Assembly: GCA_046153995.1 (NCBI GenBank)
Contig: JBJXEH010000065.1
Span: forward strand, 1,891-65,890
Direction of reading: 5' to 3'
Length of the DNA: 64,000 nt
Origin: Micropepsaceae bacterium
GTDB lineage: Bacteria > Pseudomonadota > Alphaproteobacteria > Micropepsales > Micropepsaceae
Part shown: positions 45,297 through 55,057 of the stretch, in pieces
How the letters are laid out: each line of letters starts with the position of its first letter
How positions within the stretch are numbered: position 1 is the stretch's first letter
The notes under the pieces: generated by a model
The model's database searches: none
Told to the model about the DNA's origin: nothing
What the model saw: the letters and a program-made list of their open reading frames with translations, nothing else
Made by a program: the position numbers and the translations under genes

Positions 45297-46091
45297 CTAG
45301 TCGAACACGGCGCCGAGATCGAGTTTTGGGCCCGCCAAGCCGCCAAATGTACCCTGTTCGGCTATCTCCTTCGCGGCGGTGGAGAAACCTCGCCAGGCGG
45401 CAAGGGCGAGCGAACCACCGACGCTGATCCGACGCACGCCAAGCTCGGCGATCTCGGCCACGGTGATCCAGGGGCCACCGATCAAGTTCACTGGCTTCGG
45501 CGCGACGGCGCGCACAACAGCTGCGATGTCGTCTTTCTTGCTCAATCCCGGCGCGAACAAGCAGTCGGCACCGGCGGCAGCGAAGGCTTGGAGACGCTTG
45601 ATCGTCTCCGCTAAGTCTGGGCGGCCCCGGATGAAGCCTTCTGTGCGCGCCGTCAGTAGAACGCCGCTACCAGATTTATCGATCGCGGCGCGCGCGGCTT
45701 TGATGCGGTCGACGGCGTCGTCGAACGCGTAGAGCGGTTCGCCGTCGCCGCGCGTAGAGTCTTCAATCGACAGACCGGCGATGCCGGTCGCGACCGCTTT
45801 CGTGACGTTCGCAGCGACGCCATCCGGTTCGACGGCGAGCCCGTCCTCGAAGTCGGCGTTGACGGGGATGGTCACGGCACCGGCCAGCGTCTTCAAATGC
45901 GCGAGCAACTGGTCGAGGGTGACGTCGTTATCGCGGTGACCCTGCGACCAGGCGAACCCTGCGCTTGTGCTCGCGATCGCTTTGAACCCGAGTTTTTCCA
46001 GATAAATCGCGCTGCCGCCGTCCCACGGGTTTGGAATGACGAAGCAGCCGCGCTCGTGCAAACGGCGGAACGTGTCGATCTTGGATGACAT
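45297..46091 (-). CDS. Isocitrate lyase / PEP mutase family protein
   Basis: FVIPNPWDGGSA, VNADFEDG and AGLSIED motifs typical of the PEP-mutase/ICL superfamily. Confidence 0.75.
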   Translation of the reverse strand: MSSKIDTFRRLHERGCFVIPNPWDGGSAIYLEKLGFKAIASTSAGFAWSQGHRDNDVTLDQLLAHLKTLAGAVTIPVNADFEDGLAVEPDGVAANVTKAVATGIAGLSIEDSTRGDGEPLYAFDDAVDRIKAARAAIDKSGSGVLLTARTEGFIRGRPDLAETIKRLQAFAAAGADCLFAPGLSKKDDIAAVVRAVAPKPVNLIGGPWITVAEIAELGVRRISVGGSLALAAWRGFSTAAKEIAEQGTFGGLAGPKLDLGAVFD

Positions 46092-46100
46092 GGCGGTTTT

Positions 46101-46138
46101 CCGGAAAAGGTTCGGGCGTCAATAGGCGGACGCCCGAA
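46101..46138 (-). terminator. Hairpin terminator downstream of 46172..46711
   Basis: 10-bp stem TTCGGGCGTC/GACGCCCGAA (46111-46120/46129-46138). On the - strand it is followed by CCTTTTCC. Confidence 0.55.
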
Positions 46139-46171
46139 CGTCAATTCTTCCCGGAAGCTGTTGTCAACAGC

Positions 46172-46711
46172 TTACTGCGGAATGTCCTGCTCGATGTAGC
46201 GCAGCATGCCGGCCGCTTCCTGGCAGAGCGTTTGCACTTCGTGCGGAACGTTTTCCGGCTCAAGCTTCACGAAATCGCTAAGAACGCGCAGGAGCGCTGC
46301 CATCTTTGGCGCCGTCACGATCATCCGCGCCTGGTGTTCAATCTTCTCCGGATAGAGATCGTATTCCGCACCCGGCGTGCGCCAGCCGCCCCATTCCGCT
46401 TCACCGGTCACGACCTGCGGGTGCGTGCCGGGGTAGGGGTGGTTGCCGCATTCTTCGGGGGCTTTGTACTTGTTCTTCGCGCGGATAAGCCGCCAGTTCT
46501 CGGCGCCGACGGCGATGGACGAGGAGTTATGCGCTTGTTCGGTTTGCAGTTCTTCGGCTGTGAACTCGCGGCCCAGACCAACATCGTAGAAGATGCGCAG
46601 CGGCTCATCCAAACCCTTCGCCCAATGCGGGACCACGCGCTCGATCGTCGACCACGTGCCGACGGTCTTCACATAGATGCGCTGGTTCTTGTGAAATACT
46701 GCTTTCGCCAT
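46172..46711 (-). CDS. Hypothetical cytoplasmic protein (179 aa)
   Basis: Well-balanced composition, ATG start, no motifs recognised. Confidence 0.55.
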   Translation of the reverse strand: MAKAVFHKNQRIYVKTVGTWSTIERVVPHWAKGLDEPLRIFYDVGLGREFTAEELQTEQAHNSSSIAVGAENWRLIRAKNKYKAPEECGNHPYPGTHPQVVTGEAEWGGWRTPGAEYDLYPEKIEHQARMIVTAPKMAALLRVLSDFVKLEPENVPHEVQTLCQEAAGMLRYIEQDIPQ

Positions 46712-46790
46712 GACTAACCCCTGGCGCCATTTTTCGGCGCTTTGTCCCAGGGTGTATCCTGCCGGAGCCGGCTTAAAGCGCGGTTAAACT

Positions 46791-49700
46791 CTATTCGGCA
46801 GGCGCCACGCGGTTCCGCGAAAAGCGCGCACGTACGCGGCCAAATCCAGCGTAGGCATCGGCCATTAACGTGTAGGCAACCGGAACGATGAAAAGCGTCA
46901 GGAACGTCGACGACAGGATGCCGCCGATCATGAGCACGCCCATACCGTTTCGGAACTCCGCGCCCTGGCTCACGGAGATCGCGACGGGGATCATGCCGAA
47001 GACGGTGGCAAGCTGGGTCATGAGCACGGGGCGCATACGGCGCGGGCCCGCCTCTTCCATTGCTTGGCGCGCTGGGATGTTGCGCGTTTCGCGCGCGGTG
47101 TTCGCGTAGTCGACGAGCAGAATGCCGTTCTTCATCACAAGGCCCATCAGCGCGATCATGCCGATCTGGGCGAACATCGTCATCGTCATGCCGGTGAACG
47201 AGAGCGCCGCGAATGCACCGACGAACGATAGCGGCGCCGTCAGCATGACAATGGCGGGCTGAGAGAAGCTGTTGAACTGGCTCGCCAGGATCATGTAGAG
47301 CGCGACGAGAGCCAGCACGAATGCGAAGCCAATTGCAGCCGCGGATTCCTTCATGCGCTCGGCCTGGCCGATAAACGTGCCCGTGTAGCCCTGAGGCAGA
47401 CCAACCTCGTTCACGATCTTCTGCAGCTTATCCGTGGCGGTGCCGAGTGCGACGCCCGGCGGGTTGTTCGCCAGGATCACGATGGAGCGCGCGCGATTGC
47501 GACGGTCGACTTGGGCTGGGCCTTCCTCAATCTTGAAGTCGGCAAGGCTTGCAAGATCGACCAAGCTGCCGTTCGTACTACGCACCTGAATCTGGTCCAG
47601 TTTCGCCGGATCGTTGCGTTGCGCTTCTTCAAGGCGGACGCGAACGTCGTAACGGTTGCCCAGTTCTTCGTAGGTACCTGCATCGACGCCGCCGATGAGC
47701 GCGCGGACGGTCGTCGCCAACGGACGGATCGCGACGCCGAGGTCGGCTGCCCGGCCGCGATCGACGTGGATTTGCACCTCGGGCTTGCCGGTTTCGTATG
47801 ACGAGCGGGCGTCGGTGAAAGTAGCCGTATCGGCGCGCAAGCGGGCGACGATAGCGTCGGCCTTTTCGCGCAACGTTTCCAGCGATCTGCCTTGCAACGA
47901 ATAGGTGATCGCGGTGTTGAAGCTGGAGTTGCCACCGATCCAGGGGACTTCCGTCGCTTCGATATGTTTGGCTTCGGGCACGGTTTTGGCCAGCAGCTCG
48001 CGCACACGCTGCATGACGACAAACTGGTTTTCGGCGTACGTACGCTCACGCTTCGACGTCAGGCCGACATAGAGGTTGATGCGGTTGATGCGCGGTTGTG
48101 CGCCGCCGCCGACGGTCGCAAACACGGTTCTGACGTGCTTCGTGGACTCAAGGGCTTTGCTGACTCGGGCCGCGACCACTTTCGTGTCGGCGATGCCCGT
48201 GCCGTAGGGCAGGTCGATCGTCGCCAGGAACTCCGAGCGATCGGTCTTGGCTTGGAAGTCGAACGGGATGCCGCGGGCGAGCATCACGCCGACGACGATG
48301 GTCGCGAAGCCGATGCCGAGCACCATCAAGCGGTGTTCGAGAGACCAATGGAGGACACGTTTGTAGGTGGATTCGAGGCCGTGGTGGAACGCTTCGACGC
48401 GTCGCGCGATTGGGCCGAGCTGGAGTTTGCTTAAGAACCTCGCGCACAACGCCGGCGTCAACGTCAGCGACACGAGCAGCGAAACCAGCACCGAAAAAAC
48501 AATAGCCAGGCCGTACTGATAGAAGAAACGGCCGACGACGCCCTCCATGAAGGCAATGGGAACGAACACCGCGACCACGGCCCAGGTGCCCGCCATGACG
48601 GCGACGGCTACTTCGCTGGTGCCTTTGGAGGCAGCTTCGGCAGGGGCCATGCCCTCTTCGAGTTTGCGGTGCACGCTTTCGAGCACAACGATCGCGTCGT
48701 CGACGAGAAGGCCGACGGACACCGAGAACGCCATCAGCGTCAGGTTGTTCAGCGTGAATCCCGCCCAATAGAATGCGAAGAACGTCGCAATCAGCGATGT
48801 CGGCATCGCGATGGCGACGATGATCGTTGCGCGAAAATCGAGCAGAAACGCCATCGTGATGATGATAACGAGAAAGATGCCGAGTACGATATCGAAGCCG
48901 ACATCGTCGACGGACTCTTCGATGAACAGAGATATGTCGCGCGCGACAACCATCTCGACGCCAGCCGGTACGAAGCCACGCATCGACTCGATTTCGGCTT
49001 TGACGGCCTTGGCGACTTCAACGGTGTTTTGGCCGGATTGGCGCCGGACCTCGAGAGAGATGCCGGGTTTGCCGTTTAAGGTCGCGAACGTGCGTTCGTC
49101 TTCGGCGCCGTCTTCCACGCGGGCGACGTCGCCCAGAAGCGTCGGCAGTGCGAGCTGACGGAACGAGACGACGATGGCCTTGAAGTCCTCGACGCGTTTG
49201 ACCTCGCCCTTCGTTTTGACGCTGAACTCGGCGCGTGCGCCGGAGAGTTCCATATTGCCGCCGGGCATGTCGGCGTTTTCGCGGCGGAGCGCCGATACCA
49301 CGTCGTCCGCGGTCACGTTCAATGCGCGCATCTTGTCGGCGTCGAGCCAGATGCGGATTTGTCGCGCACGCCCCCCTAAGATCGTCACCTGGCCCACGCC
49401 GGAGACACGTTCGAGGCGTTCCTTGATCTGCTTGTCGGCAAACTCAGTGATGTCGCGGGTGGGCATATCGCCCGAGAGCATGACCGACAGGATCGGCTCG
49501 GCGTCGGGGTCGATCTTTTGGATGATTGGCTGTTCGGCGTCCTGCGGAAGATCGCGGATCGCGAGATTGACCTTGTCGCGGACGTCCTGGGCCTTCACGT
49601 CGGCGTTTTCGTTCAGGCCGAACTCGATGATGATCTGCGAGAGACCCTCGTAGCTCTGGGACGACAGCGACTTGATACCGGAGATCGTGTTGACCTGGGC

Positions 49701-49904
49701 TTCGATCGTGTCGGTGATGTCGGTTTCGATTGCGTCCGGGCTTGCGCCTTCGAGCACAGTCGAGACGTTCACATAGGGGAACTCGACGCGCGGAAAGAGG
49801 TCGACCCCGATGCGTTGCAGCGATACCCAGCCCAGCGCGACCAGCGCGCCGATGACCATAGTCGCCAGAACGGGCCGGCGGATCGAAAGGTCGGAGATCC
49901 ACAT
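46791..49904 (-). CDS. RND efflux transporter permease (AcrB/HAE1-type)
   Basis: 1037 aa. N-terminus MWISDLSIRRPVLATMV. 12 TM segments plus two large loops, the typical AcrB/AcrD/AcrF pattern. Confidence 0.9.
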   Translation of the reverse strand: MWISDLSIRRPVLATMVIGALVALGWVSLQRIGVDLFPRVEFPYVNVSTVLEGASPDAIETDITDTIEAQVNTISGIKSLSSQSYEGLSQIIIEFGLNENADVKAQDVRDKVNLAIRDLPQDAEQPIIQKIDPDAEPILSVMLSGDMPTRDITEFADKQIKERLERVSGVGQVTILGGRARQIRIWLDADKMRALNVTADDVVSALRRENADMPGGNMELSGARAEFSVKTKGEVKRVEDFKAIVVSFRQLALPTLLGDVARVEDGAEDERTFATLNGKPGISLEVRRQSGQNTVEVAKAVKAEIESMRGFVPAGVEMVVARDISLFIEESVDDVGFDIVLGIFLVIIITMAFLLDFRATIIVAIAMPTSLIATFFAFYWAGFTLNNLTLMAFSVSVGLLVDDAIVVLESVHRKLEEGMAPAEAASKGTSEVAVAVMAGTWAVVAVFVPIAFMEGVVGRFFYQYGLAIVFSVLVSLLVSLTLTPALCARFLSKLQLGPIARRVEAFHHGLESTYKRVLHWSLEHRLMVLGIGFATIVVGVMLARGIPFDFQAKTDRSEFLATIDLPYGTGIADTKVVAARVSKALESTKHVRTVFATVGGGAQPRINRINLYVGLTSKRERTYAENQFVVMQRVRELLAKTVPEAKHIEATEVPWIGGNSSFNTAITYSLQGRSLETLREKADAIVARLRADTATFTDARSSYETGKPEVQIHVDRGRAADLGVAIRPLATTVRALIGGVDAGTYEELGNRYDVRVRLEEAQRNDPAKLDQIQVRSTNGSLVDLASLADFKIEEGPAQVDRRNRARSIVILANNPPGVALGTATDKLQKIVNEVGLPQGYTGTFIGQAERMKESAAAIGFAFVLALVALYMILASQFNSFSQPAIVMLTAPLSFVGAFAALSFTGMTMTMFAQIGMIALMGLVMKNGILLVDYANTARETRNIPARQAMEEAGPRRMRPVLMTQLATVFGMIPVAISVSQGAEFRNGMGVLMIGGILSSTFLTLFIVPVAYTLMADAYAGFGRVRARFSRNRVAPAE

Positions 49905-49907
49905 GGG

Positions 49908-51056
49908 CTAGAGTTGCGCCTGCGTCGTGGGCTTCGCGGCGCTTTCGAGCGTGACCGGCACGCCGTCGGCAAGCTGCGAGAGGTTCGGTCCGGTCAGCAG
50001 TTCGGTGCCTTCTGGCACGTTGCTTAGGATTTCGACGCGCTCACCGTCGATCTCGCGCGTCGAGAGCGCGACTTTCTTCGCGCGGCCGTTTTGCACGGTG
50101 AAGGCGTAGCGGGAGCCGTCCGGGCCGAGGATCGCTTTGCGGGCGACGACGAGGGTCTTGCGGGCTTCCGGTATGAGTTCAACGCGGCAATAGAGGCCTG
50201 GAAGGATTTTGTAGCCTGGATTGGGCAAGGCGAAGCGTAGTTCGATACTGCGCGCCTTGTAGTCGATGCCGTAGTTGATGACAGCGAGCTTGGCTTCAAG
50301 CGGCTTTTGGATACCGTCCACAAAGATCCGGCCGGTCATACCGACTTTGAACTGTTCGAAATAAGTTGCCGGCGCGACGACAATGACGGCAAGCGGGTCG
50401 ATGCCCATGATCTGAACGACGCCGGCAGCGCCGCCCATTGCCCCACCACCGCCGAAACGGGTCGCCATGAAGCGGCCTTCGTAGACGTCTTTCTTCGAGA
50501 TGACGCCCTCATAGGGTGCGCGGACGATGGTGTCCTTCAGCTGCTGACGGCCCTGTGCGAGCCTCGCTTCCCAAACGCCGAGCTGTGCCGCAGCGACATC
50601 GGCATTCGTCTTCGTCGTGTCCATGCGTGACTGGCTTACCCAGCCGCCGCCTTTGAGCGAATCTTGCCGGCGCAGGTCTGCCTGCGCATTGCGAAGCTGC
50701 GCGCGGGCGAGGGCGACTTGCTTTTCTTGCTCCAACACGACGAGCTTGATGTCGACGTCGCGCGTGCGGAAAAGCGCTTGACCTTTCTTCACTTGGCTAC
50801 CGACGCCGACCATCACCTCTTCGATGATGCCGTCGACGGAGGGGCCGATGTCGGTTTGGCGTGACGGCGTGAGCGAGCCGGTCGCCATGATCGGCACGGC
50901 AACGTCGGCCTTCGTGACTTTCACGGTCGATACGGTCACCGCTACCGGAGCTACGGCCTTGGATTGATCCTTCGCCTCGGTAGGCTGGCCGCAGGCGGCG
51001 AGGCCCAACGCAAAGGCGGCTAGAACAGCGGCTGCTAACGGCCAGTGTACGGTCAT
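49908..51056 (-). CDS. RND efflux periplasmic adaptor (membrane fusion protein)
   Basis: Lipoprotein-like LGLAAC signal. Coiled-coil hairpin and beta-barrel domains. Sits 3 nt upstream of the RND permease. Confidence 0.85.
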   Translation of the reverse strand: MTVHWPLAAAVLAAFALGLAACGQPTEAKDQSKAVAPVAVTVSTVKVTKADVAVPIMATGSLTPSRQTDIGPSVDGIIEEVMVGVGSQVKKGQALFRTRDVDIKLVVLEQEKQVALARAQLRNAQADLRRQDSLKGGGWVSQSRMDTTKTNADVAAAQLGVWEARLAQGRQQLKDTIVRAPYEGVISKKDVYEGRFMATRFGGGGAMGGAAGVVQIMGIDPLAVIVVAPATYFEQFKVGMTGRIFVDGIQKPLEAKLAVINYGIDYKARSIELRFALPNPGYKILPGLYCRVELIPEARKTLVVARKAILGPDGSRYAFTVQNGRAKKVALSTREIDGERVEILSNVPEGTELLTGPNLSQLADGVPVTLESAAKPTTQAQL

Positions 51057-51083
51057 GGCGCGAAGATACCTATTGACGTTCAG

Positions 51084-51124
51084 GAATTGGTATACTGGAT
51101 TACTATATACTGCTATACCAATTC
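51084..51124. promoter_or_regulatory. Perfect 11-bp inverted repeat, probable MarR operator in the divergent promoter region
   Basis: GAATTGGTATA (51084-51094) and TATACCAATTC (51114-51124) with a 19-bp AT-rich spacer, between the RND operon (-) and marR (+). Confidence 0.55.
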
Positions 51125-51146
51125 GTGAAGACAGGACGCGGCGGCC

Positions 51147-51683
51147 TTGAGTGAGACATTTTCGACGGTTGAACGGGGGAAATCGGCGCGGAAGTCCGCG
51201 GCGGCAAAACCCACGCGCAACATGGAAAATGAGCGGCTAAAGGCCGAGATGGAGGTTGAGGCCACTTTGGGTTGGCTGTTCAACGACATCCACCGCCTGT
51301 TGGGTAAGGACTTCGGCTCGCGCATCGGCGAGCTTGGTCTCACGCGCGCGCAGTGCCGGGTGCTATTCACGATCGAGCGGGCGGAGACACCGCTCACCCA
51401 GACCGAGATCGCGGAACTGACCGAGATCGAGAAGGCGCCGCTCGGCAAGATGCTCGACCGTTTGGAGCAAGGCGGGTGGATCGTCCGCAAGTCCGATCCG
51501 AAGGACCGGCGTGCGCGGCGGGTTTCCGTTACGGCAAAAATCGACAAGGCTTTCCCCGTCGCTGCTGCGGCCGCGAAGGGAACATTTGCGCGCGCGCTGC
51601 AAGGTATGCGACAGAGTGATGTGAAAGAGTTGATTGCGAAGCTTGAAAAGCTGAAGCGCAACCTCGGCGGCGCCGACGACTAG
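51147..51683 (+). CDS. MarR-family transcriptional regulator
   Basis: Winged-helix region LTRAQCRVLFTIERAETPLTQTEIAELTEIEKAPLGKMLDRLEQGGWIVRKSDPKDRRARRVSVT. Confidence 0.85.
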   Translation: MSETFSTVERGKSARKSAAAKPTRNMENERLKAEMEVEATLGWLFNDIHRLLGKDFGSRIGELGLTRAQCRVLFTIERAETPLTQTEIAELTEIEKAPLGKMLDRLEQGGWIVRKSDPKDRRARRVSVTAKIDKAFPVAAAAAKGTFARALQGMRQSDVKELIAKLEKLKRNLGGADD

Positions 51684-51727
51684 CTGCTACGCGCCGCCCT
51701 GAACCAAGTTCAACCTTGAGGGCCGCG

Positions 51728-52855
51728 ATGAATTTCGATTTCTCCGACGACCAAAAGATGCTGAAGGATCAGGCGCGCAAGTTCCTGACCGAAAAATGCC
51801 CGACGAAGGTCGTGCGCAAGATTCTCGAAAGCGACGAGCCATACGATAAGGCGCTTTGGAAGCAGATCGGCGAGATGGGTTGGCTCGGCACCGCCATCCC
51901 GGAGGAATACGGCGGACTGGGCCTTGGGCATCTTGAGCTTTGCGTTATCGCGGAAGAATTAGGCCGTGCCGCTGCGCCGGTGCCGTTCTCGTCGTCGGTC
52001 TATCTGGCGACCGAGGCGCTTTTGGTTGCGGGCAGCGACGCGCAGAAGAAGAAGTATCTGCCGAAGCTGGCAAGCGGCGAATGGATCGGCACGTTCGCGA
52101 TCGCGGAAGGCGCGCAACCGCCGAGTCCGAAAACTATCAAAGCGACATTCAAGGCCGGCAAGCTCGACGGCACGAAAACGCCGGTGCCGGATGGCGACGT
52201 CGCGGACTTCGCAGTCGTGTTGGCGAAAAGTGCCGACGGGCAAGGCGAGCGGACACTGTCGCTCGCGATTGTAGACTTGAAGGGTGCAGGCACCTCGCGG
52301 CGCGCGGTGAAGACGATCGATCCGTCGCGTAGCCAGGCCGAGCTTTCGTTCAAAGGAGCGGCGGCCGAGGCGCTTGGACCTGCCGGTGACGGTTGGGATT
52401 TGGCCAAGCGCGTGCTCGACCGCGCGGCTGTACTGATGGCGTTCGAGCAGGTCGGCGGCGCTGATGCTTGCCTCGTGATGGCGAAGGACTACGCGCTGAA
52501 CCGTTACGCGTTCGGGCGCACGATCGCCTCGTTCCAGGCGATCAAGCACAAGCTCGCCGACATGTACGTGCTGAACGAACTGGCGCGGTCGAATGCGTAT
52601 TTCGGCGCGTGGGCGCTTTCGACGAACGCGGCGGACTTGGCAGAGGCGGCGGCAGGCGCGCGGATCAGCGCGACGGATGCGTTTCACAACGCTGCGAAAG
52701 AGAACATCCAAACGCATGGCGGTATGGGCTTCACGTGGGAGCTCGACTGCCACCTCTATTACCGGCGCTCGAAGGTGCTGAGCCTCGCGCTCGGCGCGTC
52801 TCGTGTGTGGAAAGACCGGTTGGTCAACCACCTTGAGAAGAAGAACGTCGCTTAA
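51728..52855 (+). CDS. Acyl-CoA dehydrogenase family protein
   Basis: N-terminus MNFDFSDDQKMLKDQARKFL. C-terminal IQTHGGMGFTWE motif. Confidence 0.85.
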   Translation: MNFDFSDDQKMLKDQARKFLTEKCPTKVVRKILESDEPYDKALWKQIGEMGWLGTAIPEEYGGLGLGHLELCVIAEELGRAAAPVPFSSSVYLATEALLVAGSDAQKKKYLPKLASGEWIGTFAIAEGAQPPSPKTIKATFKAGKLDGTKTPVPDGDVADFAVVLAKSADGQGERTLSLAIVDLKGAGTSRRAVKTIDPSRSQAELSFKGAAAEALGPAGDGWDLAKRVLDRAAVLMAFEQVGGADACLVMAKDYALNRYAFGRTIASFQAIKHKLADMYVLNELARSNAYFGAWALSTNAADLAEAAAGARISATDAFHNAAKENIQTHGGMGFTWELDCHLYYRRSKVLSLALGASRVWKDRLVNHLEKKNVA

Positions 52856-52884
52856 GCCACAATTCGAACCGAAAGATCGATCCC

Positions 52885-54129
52885 ATGGATTTCAACGATA
52901 CCCCGCAAGAAGCGACGTTCCGGAAGGAAGTCCGCACTTGGCTTGAGGCGCATGCGAAGCCGAAATCGGCGACCGGCTTCTCGGCCGAGAACCCCCGCTT
53001 TCAACGCAACGAAACCGAAGCGCTGAAAATCGCGAAAGCTTGGCAAGCGAAGAAGGCCGAGAAGCGCTATGCGCGCATCACCTGGCCGACGGAGAACGGC
53101 GGCCTTGGTGGCACGCCGATGCAGCAGGTGGTCTACAACCAAGAAGAGTCCAAGTTCGACGTGCCTTCGGGCTTCTTTGAGATCGGCCTTGGCATGTGCA
53201 TCCCGACGGTCACCCACTACGCATCCAAGGGCGTCGCGTCGCGGTATGTGAAGCCGGCGCTCTACGGCGAAGAGATTTGGTGTCAACTGTTCTCCGAGCC
53301 GTCTGCCGGTTCTGACGTTGCTGGCCTCAAGACGCGCGCTGAAAAAGACGGCGACGACTGGGTGATCAATGGCCAGAAGGTTTGGACGTCGGGCGCACAC
53401 TATTCCGACTACGGCATTCTGCTCACGCGAACGGACCCGAATGTGCCGAAGCACAAGGGTCTGACGATGTTCTATCTGTCGATGAAGGCGCCGGGCGTCG
53501 AAGTGCGTCCGATCAAACAGATGTCGGGTGGTGCGAACTTCAACGAAGTGTTCTTCACCAACGTTCGTATCCCGGATTCCCAGCGCCTCGGCAATGTCGG
53601 CGACGGCTGGGGCGTTGCGCTGACGACGCTGATGCATGAGCGTTTGGCAGTCGGTGGCGGGCAGGGCGGCTCCGGCGCGGACGTGAACGAGCTGCTGGCG
53701 CTAGCGCGCGAGACGGAACTCGAAGACGGCCCCGCGATCCGTAATGCGTCCGTGCGCGAACGCATCGCGGAATGGTATGTGCGCGGCCAAGGTCTCAAGT
53801 ACACGACCTACCGCACGCTGACGGCGCTCAGCCAAGGCCGCGTGCCGGGGCCAGAGGCGTCGATCGCGAAGGTCGTCGTCGCACCGAAGATGCAAGACCT
53901 CGCCTCGTTCGGCATGGACCTTGAGGATATGGGTGGCGTCATGGTGGGCGAGGACTCGCCGATGATGGGCGCGTTCCAGCAATCGTTTATGTGGGCGCCG
54001 GGCTTGCGCATCGCCGGCGGCACGGACGAAATCTTGAAGAACATCATCGCAGAGCGCGTGCTGGGCTTACCCGCCGACATCCGCGTCGACAAAGACATCC
54101 CGTACAACAAGCTTCCGACGGGACGCTGA
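52885..54129 (+). CDS. Acyl-CoA dehydrogenase family protein
   Basis: MDFNDTPQEATFRKEVRTWL, QLFSEPSAGSD, VINGQKVWTSGA and RIAGGTDEILKNIIAERVLGLP. Confidence 0.85.
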   Translation: MDFNDTPQEATFRKEVRTWLEAHAKPKSATGFSAENPRFQRNETEALKIAKAWQAKKAEKRYARITWPTENGGLGGTPMQQVVYNQEESKFDVPSGFFEIGLGMCIPTVTHYASKGVASRYVKPALYGEEIWCQLFSEPSAGSDVAGLKTRAEKDGDDWVINGQKVWTSGAHYSDYGILLTRTDPNVPKHKGLTMFYLSMKAPGVEVRPIKQMSGGANFNEVFFTNVRIPDSQRLGNVGDGWGVALTTLMHERLAVGGGQGGSGADVNELLALARETELEDGPAIRNASVRERIAEWYVRGQGLKYTTYRTLTALSQGRVPGPEASIAKVVVAPKMQDLASFGMDLEDMGGVMVGEDSPMMGAFQQSFMWAPGLRIAGGTDEILKNIIAERVLGLPADIRVDKDIPYNKLPTGR

Positions 54130-54137
54130 AACGTCAA

Positions 54138-54165
54138 GGCCCGCAACTCGCGGGCCTTTTCTTTT
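54138..54165 (+). terminator. Rho-independent terminator (shared by convergent genes)
   Basis: GGCCCGC-AACTC-GCGGGCC followed by TTTTCTTTT. Confidence 0.8.
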
Positions 54166-54406
54166 ACTCGGCTTCCGAGATCATTTTCATGAAATCCCGG
54201 TTGATGAAGGTCAGCCGGCCGTCGCTCATGCGCAGCGGCAGGAACTGGCGGCTGCCGTCGTTCAGCAGATCTTGGAGGCGCTGACCGGTCTTGAAGATGT
54301 AGAGATCGCCGCTGAGCGCGGTGCCGTCGGTCATGTAGACAGTCGCTGGCACGCCTTCTTTCGTCGCGCGGTTGCCGTTCAATGACGCCGATGTGTAGGT
54401 CTTCAT
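54164..54406 (-). CDS. Small hypothetical protein (80 aa)
   Basis: ATG at 54406 (MKTYTSASL) preferred over the longer track ORF. Balanced composition, no family recognised. Confidence 0.5.
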   Translation of the reverse strand: MKTYTSASLNGNRATKEGVPATVYMTDGTALSGDLYIFKTGQRLQDLLNDGSRQFLPLRMSDGRLTFINRDFMKMISEAE

Positions 54407-54472
54407 GTGCTCCCCCCGGACCCCAAGAGCGAGCATATTGAAGGGGTTGCGTTAAGATTTCGCTGACCGGCG

Positions 54473-55057
54473 CTATTTCGCGAAAACCCAGCCTTTCCGG
54501 CTGCCGTCGAACTCGATCGCGAACGTGTTGTTCCGGATATTGCAGTCGCCAGTCCGGCTTTGCGACACATCGGTCTTGTACTTGATCGCGAGTGTGTAGA
54601 GGCGCTTGAACTTGGCCTTTGCTATTTGGTCCGCCGGGGCCGTGAAGATGAAGCGCACGGCCACACCGCTGTGCGGCATGATTTTGTCGAACGGAACGCT
54701 TGCTGCTTCGCGGCTCTTGTTGCCGCCCGCGATGTCGGTTTCGGTCAACACCGCAGCCTGCTCGCCGGGTTTGCCGAAGAACGGCTGGTCGCCGATGTTG
54801 CGCACCCGCATAACGAACGGCCAGTGGAAGACGCCGTCAGCCGTGACCCAGGCGCCGATGCGTTGAACGCGCGTCGCACCTGCGGGCGGTCGCTGCGCGA
54901 AGTCGATCTCGAGGAAGCGGTCGGCAGCGGGGTCGGAGCACGGCGGCAACAGCGGTTCGAGGTCCGGCAGCTTGACCTCTTTGGGAACAACAAAGTCAGC
55001 TGCTTGCGCCGCGCCGACGGCCAGCGTTGCAATGATCAAACTCGTGAAAACTCTCAT
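54473..55057 (-). CDS. Secreted hypothetical protein (194 aa)
   Basis: Signal MRVFTSLIIATLAVGAAQAADF. ATG overlaps the pcp stop (ATGA at 55054-55057). Confidence 0.6.
   Translation of the reverse strand: MRVFTSLIIATLAVGAAQAADFVVPKEVKLPDLEPLLPPCSDPAADRFLEIDFAQRPPAGATRVQRIGAWVTADGVFHWPFVMRVRNIGDQPFFGKPGEQAAVLTETDIAGGNKSREAASVPFDKIMPHSGVAVRFIFTAPADQIAKAKFKRLYTLAIKYKTDVSQSRTGDCNIRNNTFAIEFDGSRKGWVFAK

Noticed and set aside
51959-53637. Long - strand ORFs (290 aa and 261 aa) opposite the two acyl-CoA dehydrogenase genes
   Set aside because: Shadow frames with high Arg content. The + strand ORFs have canonical ACAD motifs.
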